Assembly (NCBI GenBank): GCA_949127685.1
Contig: CASBPW010000100.1
Location: 1 to 51,958 of the forward strand
Source: Candidatus Sivonenia alaskensis PMM_0068
GTDB taxonomy: Bacteria; Cyanobacteriota; Cyanobacteriia; Gloeobacterales; PMM-0068
DNA: 51,958 bases
Reading direction: 5' to 3'
Positions 8,408 to 16,569 of the stretch are shown in pieces. The position numbers and the translations under genes are program-made. Position 1 is the stretch's first letter. Every line of letters starts with the position of its first letter. Below the pieces are notes generated by a model. The model saw only the letters and a program-made list of their open reading frames with translations. It had not been told where the DNA came from and did not search any database.

Positions 8408-9424
8408 TTGGTCTTGAAAAAAACAGCTGTCTTGCTGGTAGGGTATGGCGAAGTACCAGCCCACAAGAGTCCCCGGGACTTTTATGACTATAACCACAAG
8501 GCTCTGACGCTCTTGGCGGGGAAGTTTCTACCCAACACCCCGTGGAGTGATGCCCTACTGACCCGGATTCTTTCCTGGTGGGACCATCGGGAATGGGAGC
8601 AGGAACATCGGTTTCAATCCCCCTATAATTGGATTTTTGAGAACCAGCGGGTTGGGGTGGAGCGATACCTGCAGGCTGAATACGGAAGAGATATCCAAGT
8701 ATTCAAGGCCTTCAATTTTTGTGATGGATTTTTGCCGGAACAGGTTTTAACCCAGATCCAAGCCCAAGGATTTGAACGATTAGTTCTTTTTCCTCTGCTC
8801 GTGATCGACTCTGCCTTCACCACAGGCATCACTATCCAACAGGTCAATCAAGTTTTAAATATCCAGGACTTCCGCTGCCTGCCTTCATTCACAGAGCGTA
8901 ACGACTACCACGACTGGATGGGCACCTTCCTAACCCATCAGATTATTCAGACCAATGGTATCTATAACCCATCACAGGTCGGATTGGTGCTGATGACCTA
9001 CGGCTCTCCTTTAGAAACAAGAGGATACGACACAGGGATTCGGGAAAATCAAAGTCTCTATGAAGCGGTCCGCCAAAGACTGGTACATCAATTTCCTTTG
9101 ATTTCCATCGGTTGGCTCAACCACAATATCCCTGTGGGCTGGACCCGCCCAGATGTCAATCAAGCTGCAGAGAATTTGCTGCATTTGGGCGCAAAAACCT
9201 TAGTATTCTGCCCCATTGGTTCTGCTACGGATAACCATGAAACCCTCTTGGATCTGGGGCGCACCATACGTCGCCTCAGACAAAGGCGGATACCATGCAC
9301 ACAGCTACCTTGCCCTAATGATGACCCTGGCTTTCTCAAACTATTGGTGCGCTGGCTGAGTCCTTTGATAACCACAGGGAACGAAAGCAGACTCCTTAGC
9401 GAACGAACATCTTCCAAGCCATAA
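8408..9424 (+). CDS. Ferrochelatase-fold (class II chelatase) paralog, atypical active site
   Basis: Collinear with HemH blocks as remembered. AVLLVGYGEV ~ GVLLLNLGGP. RLVLFPLLVIDSAFTTG ~ KLVILPLYPQFSISTSG. LVLMTYGSP ~ IFFSAHGVP. FCPIGSATDNHETLLDL ~ VVPISFVSEHIETLQEI. TTG start with no clear SD. Confidence 0.55.
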   Translation: MVLKKTAVLLVGYGEVPAHKSPRDFYDYNHKALTLLAGKFLPNTPWSDALLTRILSWWDHREWEQEHRFQSPYNWIFENQRVGVERYLQAEYGRDIQVFKAFNFCDGFLPEQVLTQIQAQGFERLVLFPLLVIDSAFTTGITIQQVNQVLNIQDFRCLPSFTERNDYHDWMGTFLTHQIIQTNGIYNPSQVGLVLMTYGSPLETRGYDTGIRENQSLYEAVRQRLVHQFPLISIGWLNHNIPVGWTRPDVNQAAENLLHLGAKTLVFCPIGSATDNHETLLDLGRTIRRLRQRRIPCTQLPCPNDDPGFLKLLVRWLSPLITTGNESRLLSERTSSKP

Positions 9425-9602
9425 AACCCACCGCAAGGATCAAGCTAGAAGTCCCAAACAACATCAAACCCATCCCGATAGCCTTATCCATCCAACCTAC
9501 GGGAGCACCATTATTTTCCTCGACTACGGACTCATACTTGCGGTTGTCCCACTCAAAATCTTCGTTGGTACTATTACCTTTCTTGTCCACAAGCACAGCC
9601 AT
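9396..9602 (-). CDS. Hypothetical small protein with a single C-terminal TM helix
   Basis: 68 aa with an acidic N-terminal half and then GMGLMLFGTSSLILAVGFMAWKMFV. It overlaps the 3' end of the convergent ferrochelatase-like gene by 29 nt. I recognise no family. Confidence 0.4.
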   Translation of the reverse strand: MAVLVDKKGNSTNEDFEWDNRKYESVVEENNGAPVGWMDKAIGMGLMLFGTSSLILAVGFMAWKMFVR

Positions 9603-9813
9603 GGTTTTAGGAATTCATTTGTGCCTATCAATATACACATAACTTCTATCTTTGATAAGTTAAAATTATTAAAGTAACGAAATATAACAACACATTGCGT
9701 AATAGTTAACTATTAAATTTGATTAATGATGGCCTGTACCTTGCTCTGGTTTCCTAGCCGCCGTTACTTACTTTCAATTCTCTGACGACCTCTCCAAACA
9801 GCGGATTGTGGGA

Positions 9814-12324
9814 TCATAAAGAAGTACGGCGTAATAACAGCGCATTGCCTACGACCGTAATCGAACTTAGAGCCATGGCTAGTCCGGCCAATTCCGGTTT
9901 GAGCGTGAGGCCAAAGGGAACGTAAAAGACACCGGCAGCGATGGGTATACCGACTAAGTTATAGAAAAAGGCCCAGAAAAGGTTCTGTTTTATCTTAGAC
10001 AAGGTAGCGCGTCCCAGCCGAATTGCCCGTTCTATATCCAGCGGATTACTTCTGGTGAGAATGATATCTCCCGTTTCTTTTGCCACATCAGTCCCCGAAC
10101 CAATAGCCATACCCACATCAGCCTGGGCAAGGGCTGGGCTGTCATTAATACCATCGCCCACCATCACTGTTTTCAGCCCCTGAGCTTGGTAGTGCTTAAC
10201 CCACTGCAATTTCTCTGCAGGCAGTACTTCCGCTTGAAATTCGGTAATTCCCAAGGCTTTTGCCACCGACTGAGCCACGGGTTTGTTATCTCCCGTCAAC
10301 ATCACTACCTTTAGCCCCATGGTGTTTAATCGGCGGATCGCTTCTGCGGCTTGCGGTTTAATCTGGTCAGCCAAAGCAACAAGGCCCAGGATTTCTTGTC
10401 CTCGCGCTACATAGACCACCGTTTTCCCTTCTTCGGTCAGGGCGCGATAACGAGCTTGCCAAGGGGATAGGACAATTCCCTGAGCTTCGATGAAATCTTG
10501 GCGACCCACATAATAAGTTTCATCGACTATCTGCCCAGAGCAGCCCTGGCCTTGAACTTCTACAAAGTCATTAACAGCGCTCAGGGAAAAACCCTGGGCT
10601 TTTCGCATGATGGAGCGGGCTAAAGGATGGCTACTGTACTGTTCGACGGACGCAGCGGTCTGCAAGAGTGCATCCGCAGAACCTTCAGCCACTACATCCG
10701 TAACCTGAAACTTCCCTTCCGTCAGCGTTCCAGTCTTATCCAAAATGATGCAATCTAATTTAGCCAAAGATTCCAGACTCGAAATTTTCTTGAACAGAAT
10801 TCCCCGTTCTAATCCCATTCCAGAACCAACGACCAAGGCGGTAGGAGTTGCCAGCCCTAGGGCACAAGGACAAGCAATGACCAGGACCGCAATCGTTTGA
10901 CTCAAGGCAAAGAAAAGAGAAGCCCCGACCCAAAAATACCAAACAGCAAAAGTAAGTAGCGCTAGCAACAGGACTAGGGGCACGAATATATTGCTCACTT
11001 GGTCTACGAGTTTCTGAATCGGAGCTTTATCGGCTTGGGCTTCCTGCACCAAACGCACAATCTGTTGCAGAACCGTATCGCCACCGACGCGGGTAGCTTC
11101 GATCACCAAACGGCCCCCTTGGTTGATCGTCCCCGCCGTAACGGGATCTTGGGCCCGTTTAACAACTGGCAGAGCTTCTCCTGTCAGCATCGATTCATCA
11201 ACGGTTGACTGACCTTCTATTACCGTTCCATCTACCGGAACTTGGCCCCCAGAGCGGATGAGTACCCGCGCTCCAACCTGAACTTCCGAGGCAGGAATTT
11301 CCAGCACTTCACCCGTAGCCGTCAAAACCTGAGCATTGTGAGCCTGTAGGTGCAATAAAGAACGCAAGGCAAGATTGGCTCGGCCTTTGGCCCGTGCTTC
11401 CAGCCATTTACCCGCTCGAATAAAGGTAATCAGCATGGCTGCTGTCTCATAGAACACGGGGCCAGGGTAGAAATAGGTGGCTCCTACACTCCAGCCATAG
11501 GCGGCGGTAATCCCTAGGGCAACCAGCACATCCATATTGGCGTAACCGTTCCGTAGTGCCTTATAAGCTCCCCGATAGAACGTCCAGCCTGCCGTAAATT
11601 GCAACAGGGTGGTTAAGGCAAAAGACAGCCCTATTGGCCAGGAAGTCCCAGCAGTCTTAGAAGACGTGGCAACCATCTGAGACATATCCCCGAGTCCGAA
11701 CATCAGAAGCACTACAGGGACAGTCAATATCACGCTGTAAAGTAGCCACCAAAACTCTTGCTTGGCGTGCTTAGCATCTTCTGATTCCTTTTCTTCTGAA
11801 ACGGTCTGAAGCTCGGAAGGCCGAGGAGTCGCCTGATAGCCCAAATCCTGAACTTTCTGAACAACGGAAGAGATAAGGTCCGAGGACGGGCCTTTGGGAT
11901 AAACCACCATCTGTTCCGTGGCAAAGTTCACTTCAGCCTTAGACACGTCTTTAAGTTGGGAAACCCCGCGCTCGATATTCTGAGCACAGTTAGCACAGCT
12001 CATCCCCTGAATCGAAAACGTGAGCCGCTCAAAGACTGGGGAAAAAGCGATGTCAGGTCTTGAGGGCTGGCTACTGTGATCTTCTGAATCTTCAGCGGAA
12101 GTGTCCGCATCACCGAGCAGTGAGGCTTCAAAGCCCAATTCAGTAACCTTAGCGCTTATGGCCTGAGCAGTCAGACTGGGGGCAGCCTCCACCGTTAGCA
12201 TTTTCTGTTCTAAATTTACGTGGGTGACTTCTACCCCAGGTAGCGCTGAAATACCTGCTTGGACCGCATTAACGCACCCTTGGCACTTCATGCCTTCTAT
12301 GTGAAACCTGCGAACTGCCTTCAT
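9814..12324 (-). CDS. copA: Copper-translocating P1B-type ATPase with two N-terminal HMA domains
   Basis: GMKCQGC and GMSCANC metal-binding motifs, the transmembrane CPCALGLATP, the phosphorylation site DKTGTLT, and the hinge GDGINDSPAL. Confidence 0.95.
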   Translation of the reverse strand: MKAVRRFHIEGMKCQGCVNAVQAGISALPGVEVTHVNLEQKMLTVEAAPSLTAQAISAKVTELGFEASLLGDADTSAEDSEDHSSQPSRPDIAFSPVFERLTFSIQGMSCANCAQNIERGVSQLKDVSKAEVNFATEQMVVYPKGPSSDLISSVVQKVQDLGYQATPRPSELQTVSEEKESEDAKHAKQEFWWLLYSVILTVPVVLLMFGLGDMSQMVATSSKTAGTSWPIGLSFALTTLLQFTAGWTFYRGAYKALRNGYANMDVLVALGITAAYGWSVGATYFYPGPVFYETAAMLITFIRAGKWLEARAKGRANLALRSLLHLQAHNAQVLTATGEVLEIPASEVQVGARVLIRSGGQVPVDGTVIEGQSTVDESMLTGEALPVVKRAQDPVTAGTINQGGRLVIEATRVGGDTVLQQIVRLVQEAQADKAPIQKLVDQVSNIFVPLVLLLALLTFAVWYFWVGASLFFALSQTIAVLVIACPCALGLATPTALVVGSGMGLERGILFKKISSLESLAKLDCIILDKTGTLTEGKFQVTDVVAEGSADALLQTAASVEQYSSHPLARSIMRKAQGFSLSAVNDFVEVQGQGCSGQIVDETYYVGRQDFIEAQGIVLSPWQARYRALTEEGKTVVYVARGQEILGLVALADQIKPQAAEAIRRLNTMGLKVVMLTGDNKPVAQSVAKALGITEFQAEVLPAEKLQWVKHYQAQGLKTVMVGDGINDSPALAQADVGMAIGSGTDVAKETGDIILTRSNPLDIERAIRLGRATLSKIKQNLFWAFFYNLVGIPIAAGVFYVPFGLTLKPELAGLAMALSSITVVGNALLLRRTSL

Positions 12325-12392
12325 TTTGATCCCACCTTGAGATGTCTTATGTCACCCAACCCCTATCCGGAGGAAGTCAGCAATAATCAGAG

Positions 12393-12656
12393 TTAACGAT
12401 TACTTTTGAGTACTTTCATCAGTTCAGTAATAGCTTTTTCCCCTTCTCCCTCTGCTAGAGCGTGGGTAAAACAAGTCTTGAGATGTCCTTCTACCATGAC
12501 CTGTTTTGTATTCTCCAGAGAAGCTTCAATCGCTCTGATCTGGTGCAAAATATCAATGCAGTATTGCTCTTCATCCACCATTCTTGCCACCGCGTCCAGA
12601 TGGCCACGGATCGTAGCCAGACGCCTAAGCGTGTTTTTCTTAACTTCAGGAAGCAT
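12393..12656 (-). CDS. csoR: CsoR/RcnR-family metal-sensing repressor, upstream of and co-oriented with the Cu-ATPase
   Basis: 87 aa. LRRLATIRGHLDAVARMVDEEQYCIDILHQIRAIEASL...HLKTC carries the Cys/His/Cys ligand positions typical of CsoR (DUF156). Confidence 0.85.
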   Translation of the reverse strand: MLPEVKKNTLRRLATIRGHLDAVARMVDEEQYCIDILHQIRAIEASLENTKQVMVEGHLKTCFTHALAEGEGEKAITELMKVLKSNR

Positions 12657-12694
12657 GGAATCTTTGGAATAGATTTATAGCCCTATGTTAACCC

Positions 12695-12713
12695 ATCCCC
12701 CTAGGGAGGGGAT
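12695..12713. promoter_or_regulatory. Candidate CsoR operator (C-tract / G-tract pseudo-palindrome ATCCCCCTAGGGAGGGGAT)
   Basis: It lies 39-57 nt upstream of the csoR start, about 15 nt upstream of a TATAAA box on the csoR strand, and contains the perfect palindrome CCCTAGGG flanked by C4/G4. This resembles described CsoR sites. Confidence 0.4.
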
Positions 12714-12768
12714 ATCAGGAGAAATAAATGCTTACACTAGAGGGTAATCCTCTTTTTTTGTAGTACTT

Positions 12769-13293
12769 ATGACCCAGAGTTCGCCTAGCCCGGACAACAA
12801 GATTCGGAATATTGCCCTGGCCGTAGCCGCTGCTGCCGTCAGTGCTGGACTCTTTTTCGCTACCCGCAATGATGCCCAAACACTTACTGCAGCCAAGGTA
12901 GCAGAACGCGCTATTCCCTTGGAACAGGCACAGGCAAACGGTAAACCTAGTCTCGTGGAGTTCTACGCTGAATGGTGCACCTCGTGCAATAGCATGGCCG
13001 CGACCGTAGCAACGATGGAAGAAAAATACCGAAACAAAGTTAACTTTGTCGCCCTGAATGTTGATAACGAAAAATGGGTTCCAGAAGCAGAACGTTACCA
13101 AGTCAGTGGAATTCCCCACTACGTCTTCATTGACGCGAAGGGGAAAATCTTAGGCAACTTGATTGGCGAACAGACCAATGCAATTTTTGATGCCAACTTG
13201 AAGGCTTTGTCTGGAGGAAAGTCGATTCCTTACGCACAAGCCCAGGCTGGGCAAACATCTACCTTCAGAAAAAACCAAGTGAAGGTTCAGTAG
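12769..13293 (+). CDS. txlA: Thioredoxin-like membrane-anchored thiol:disulfide protein TxlA
   Basis: N-terminal TM segment (IALAVAAAAVSAGLFFA), then PSLVEFYAEWCTSCNSMA (WCxxC) and GIPHYVFID. Layout matches cyanobacterial TxlA. Confidence 0.75.
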   Translation: MTQSSPSPDNKIRNIALAVAAAAVSAGLFFATRNDAQTLTAAKVAERAIPLEQAQANGKPSLVEFYAEWCTSCNSMAATVATMEEKYRNKVNFVALNVDNEKWVPEAERYQVSGIPHYVFIDAKGKILGNLIGEQTNAIFDANLKALSGGKSIPYAQAQAGQTSTFRKNQVKVQ

Positions 13294-13474
13294 CTGTTCT
13301 GCAAACAGCAAATCGGGCCCAGTAACTCTCCAGTAACTCTAAAGATACTTCCCAGTCCTTAATTCTGGTCCTCTTTCCATTAGGGCTCAAGATGTTCTAT
13401 ATTTGTTAGGCTGTGCCTGCTCATTCAGGCGCAACATAAACCCCTAGTAAATGAGACTCCCTTAGGAGGAAACC

Positions 13475-14410
13475 TTGGCTCAAGCCACAGACATTGGATT
13501 TACCCGCGAAGACTTTGAGAAGTTACTTCCACAGTATGACTACACCTTCAGCCCTGGCGACATCGTAGAAGGCACCGTATTCAGCCTAGAGCCGGGTGGA
13601 GCACTCATCGATATCGGAGCTAAGACGGCTGCCTATCTTCCCGTACAAGAAATGTCCATCAATCGAGTGGATGACCCTCGCAAAGTGATGGAAGAGGGAG
13701 AGGCCCGAGAATTTTTTATTCTTTCTGATGAGAATGAAGAGGGACAGCTTACCCTCTCTATCCGTCGTATTGAGTACATGAAAGCTTGGGAGCGCGTCCG
13801 CAAGCTCCAATCTGAAGATTCAACCGTCCGCGCTAAGATTTTTGCCGTCAACCGGGGTGGAGCCTTGGTCCGCATCGAGGGACTCAGAGGGTTCATCCCT
13901 GGTTCTCACTTGAGCACCAAGGAACCTAAGGAAGACCTGATTGATCAAGAATTGCCTCTGAAATTCCTAGAAGTAGATGAAGAGCGCAACCGTCTTGTCC
14001 TCTCCCACCGTCGTGCGTTGGTTGAAAAACGCATGAACCGCTTGGAGCAAGGTCAAGTGGTCATTGGTCGCGTCCGTGGGATCAAGCCCTACGGAGCCTT
14101 CATTGATATCGGCGGTGTTTCTGGACTGTTGCACATCTCTGAAATTTCTCACGACCATATTGAGACGCCCCATTCCGTCTTTACCGTTGGTCAGGAAATC
14201 AAAGTCATGGTTATCGATCTAGATGCTGAGCGGGGACGGATTAGCCTCTCCACCAAGCAACTGGAAGAGACTCCTGGCGAGATGGTCCAAGACCAAGAAG
14301 CCGTTTTTGCCAATGCTGAAGAGCGGGCTGCTCGCTACCGTGAAAAGATGGAAGCGGAACAGCAAGCTCAGTTGGAAGAGGCGTTGGTTGAAGTCTCGGC
14401 AACTGAATAA
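13475..14410 (+). CDS. rpsA: 30S ribosomal protein S1 (short cyanobacterial form, three S1 domains)
   Basis: Repeated S1 motifs (GDIVEGTV..., ...NRGGALVRIEGLRGFIPGSH, GQVVIGRVRGIKPYGAFIDIGGVSGLLHISE). TTG start 7 nt after AGGAGGA. Confidence 0.9.
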   Translation: MAQATDIGFTREDFEKLLPQYDYTFSPGDIVEGTVFSLEPGGALIDIGAKTAAYLPVQEMSINRVDDPRKVMEEGEAREFFILSDENEEGQLTLSIRRIEYMKAWERVRKLQSEDSTVRAKIFAVNRGGALVRIEGLRGFIPGSHLSTKEPKEDLIDQELPLKFLEVDEERNRLVLSHRRALVEKRMNRLEQGQVVIGRVRGIKPYGAFIDIGGVSGLLHISEISHDHIETPHSVFTVGQEIKVMVIDLDAERGRISLSTKQLEETPGEMVQDQEAVFANAEERAARYREKMEAEQQAQLEEALVEVSATE

Positions 14411-14531
14411 GTTCCTAAGTCTCATAAACCTTAACCCTTAGGAAATAACCCTTCTTCAAGGTAGACTCGGTTTATTGCTCTTTACGGCGCTTAACTGCAC
14501 TGCTATGGGGTGGGGGAACCCACCTTATTTT

Positions 14532-15014
14532 ATGTCTAGCTCTTCCGTCCATGCAGACAACCCACCCTATATACAAGCCCTCTGGCAGCTAATTGAACCG
14601 ACTATTGCTGCTTTAGACTTGGAAATAGTGGGCCTGCATCACCAAACCCACCACAATCCACCCATCCTTAGGGTAGATATCCGCAACCCCCAGCACGATA
14701 CGGGACTAGCCGATTGCGAGCGGGTAAGTAGAGCGATAGAACCGATCTTGGATGGTGCGGAACACCTTCTTCCAGAAGCCTATGTTCTGGAAGTGTCCAG
14801 CCCAGGAGCAGAGCGCAACCTGACCACGGACCGTGAGTTTCAGGTATTTAGGGGTTTTTCAGTCACCATTCATGTAAGTCCTCCGATCAAGGGCAAAAGT
14901 GACTGGAGTGGAAAACTCCTAGAACGAACAGACGATCTAGTAATTGTGATGATTCAAGGCCGTAAGGTTCCCTTGCCTCGCGGTCAAGTCACCCAAGTAC
15001 TGCTCACTCATTAG
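14532..15014 (+). CDS. rimP: Ribosome maturation factor RimP
   Basis: LEIVGLHHQ...LRVDI...CERVSRAIEPILD...YVLEVSSPGAERNL fits RimP, and it is first in a rimP-nusA-ylxR-infB order. The start is uncertain: ATG 14532 chosen, the track gives TTG 14475. Confidence 0.8.
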   Translation: MSSSSVHADNPPYIQALWQLIEPTIAALDLEIVGLHHQTHHNPPILRVDIRNPQHDTGLADCERVSRAIEPILDGAEHLLPEAYVLEVSSPGAERNLTTDREFQVFRGFSVTIHVSPPIKGKSDWSGKLLERTDDLVIVMIQGRKVPLPRGQVTQVLLTH

Positions 15015-15056
15015 CGCCTCTAAAAAACAAGACAACTACATAATCTGGAGGACCCT

Positions 15057-16205
15057 ATGTCCCTGATCCCCCTCCCTGGAATCAATGAACTGATTGACGG
15101 CATCAGCCGCGAACGAAATTTACCTAAAAGCGCTGTTTCAGACGCTTTACGCGAAGCCTTGCAGAAAGGGTATGAGCGATTCCGCAAGACCTATAAAGAC
15201 AAAGATGCTGTTTTTGACGACGAGTATTTTCTAAATTTTGATGTGGACCTCGACCTGGAGAACCAAGGCTTCCGCGTACTAGCGACCAAGACGATTGTCG
15301 AAGCAGTAGAGAATACAGACCACGAGATCGCACTGGAAGAAGTGCTAGAAGTAGACCCTGGCGCTGAGCCGGGCTATCAGGTTTTAGTGGATGTTACCCC
15401 TGACAAACAAGAATTTGGCCGCATGGCCGCCATTCAAACCAAGCAAGTCCTCAATCAAAAATTGAGAGACTATTCCCGTCAGCTCATTCAAGAAGAATTT
15501 CGGGATCAAGAAAATACAGTCTTACAAGGACGGGTCACCCGCTTTGAAAATCGTTCCGTCATTGTCAGTGTCAACTCTGGCTTCGGACGCCCTGAAGTGG
15601 AAGCTGAACTGCCGAAAAACGAGCAACTCCCCAATGAACCCTATCGCATTGGTTCGGTGATCAAGGTCTTCTTGAAAAAAGTTTGGGAGGGTTCTCGTCG
15701 CGGTCCCCAACTTTCTGTTTCTAGAGCAGATGCAGGTTTGGTGGTCTATCTCTTCGCGAACGAAGTTCCAGAAATCGAAGATGAAGTAGTCCGGATTGTA
15801 GCCGTGGCCCGTGAGGCTAACCCCCCTACCCGCACCGTCGGTCCGCGTACTAAAATAGCAGTAGACACTTTGGAACGAGATGTAGACCCTGTTGGAGCCT
15901 GTATTGGAGCTAGAGGATCCCGTATACAAGCGGTAGTTAATGAACTCAGGGGTGAGAAAATTGACGTAGTTCGTTGGTCTCCAGACCCTGCGACCTACAT
16001 TGCGAATGCACTCTCTCCTGCTAGAGTGGCGGAAGTGCGTTTGGTAGATCCAGAAGCCCGTCAGGCCCACGTCGTAGTCCCAGATGACCAGCTCTCTTTA
16101 GCCATCGGTAAAGAGGGACAAAATGTGCGTCTAGCAGCCCGTTTAACGGGATGGAAGATAGATATTAAGAAAGCTTCTGAATATTACCAAGCGGAGACAC
16201 AGTAA
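15057..16205 (+). CDS. nusA: Transcription termination/antitermination factor NusA
   Basis: 382 aa with an N-terminal domain, an S1 domain (GRVTRFENRSVIVSV), two KH domains (PVGACIGARGSRIQAVVNEL, AIGKEGQNVRLAARLTGWKIDI), and a GGAGGA SD. Confidence 0.95.
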   Translation: MSLIPLPGINELIDGISRERNLPKSAVSDALREALQKGYERFRKTYKDKDAVFDDEYFLNFDVDLDLENQGFRVLATKTIVEAVENTDHEIALEEVLEVDPGAEPGYQVLVDVTPDKQEFGRMAAIQTKQVLNQKLRDYSRQLIQEEFRDQENTVLQGRVTRFENRSVIVSVNSGFGRPEVEAELPKNEQLPNEPYRIGSVIKVFLKKVWEGSRRGPQLSVSRADAGLVVYLFANEVPEIEDEVVRIVAVAREANPPTRTVGPRTKIAVDTLERDVDPVGACIGARGSRIQAVVNELRGEKIDVVRWSPDPATYIANALSPARVAEVRLVDPEARQAHVVVPDDQLSLAIGKEGQNVRLAARLTGWKIDIKKASEYYQAETQ

Positions 16206-16210
16206 CCTAT

Positions 16211-16531
16211 TTGAAGAAGAATTATCGTCGTTGCTTGAGCTGTCGCAAGATCGAGCATAAGTCTGCTCTTTTGCGGGTTGTGCGGTCATGGCCCAGTCAA
16301 ACAGTACAATTGGGTGAAGGTATGGGCCGTTCCGTATACTTCTGTCCTGCAGTAGACTGCCTACAAGGTGTCGAGCGTAAAGGGCGATTGGCTAAAGCGT
16401 TAAAAGCTCCAGTCCCCCCTGCTGTTCTCCAAACCCTCTGGGAACAGGTTCAACACCATCGCTGCACCGACTCTTCTTTTTCTCAAGAGGCAGTACAGAG
16501 GTCGGGGGCAGGTGCCAACAGCATTCATTAA
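16211..16531 (+). CDS. ylxR: YlxR/RnpM-family (DUF448) RNA-binding protein
   Basis: [19 protein letters not shown]...GRSVYFC matches the DUF448 signature, and it holds the canonical position between nusA and infB. TTG start. Confidence 0.8.
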   Translation: MKKNYRRCLSCRKIEHKSALLRVVRSWPSQTVQLGEGMGRSVYFCPAVDCLQGVERKGRLAKALKAPVPPAVLQTLWEQVQHHRCTDSSFSQEAVQRSGAGANSIH

Positions 16532-16569
16532 ACACAGGTAGTAAGAGGGAAGCACGTCGAGGACAGTTC

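Noticed and set aside
12739-12759. 5-bp hairpin plus T6 run 10 nt upstream of the txlA start, considered as an attenuator.
   Set aside because: The stem is too short to call a terminator or attenuator with any confidence. It is mentioned only within the csoR/txlA finding.
13319-13340. Perfect tandem 11-mer CCAGTAACTCT x2 between txlA and rpsA.
   Set aside because: Only two units, in a spacer. It is most simply a slippage duplication with no further structure around it.
15522-16070. 182-aa minus-strand ORF antisense to nusA. Similar long antisense ORFs occur at 16651-17519 (inside infB), 24846-25262, 25738-26118, 37220-37711, 39533-39955, 40648-41660 and 43369-43785.
   Set aside because: Each lies entirely inside a strongly supported gene on the other strand, has a skewed composition (R/S/G/C-rich) mirroring that gene's codons, and matches no family I recognise. 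They are typical shadow ORFs.
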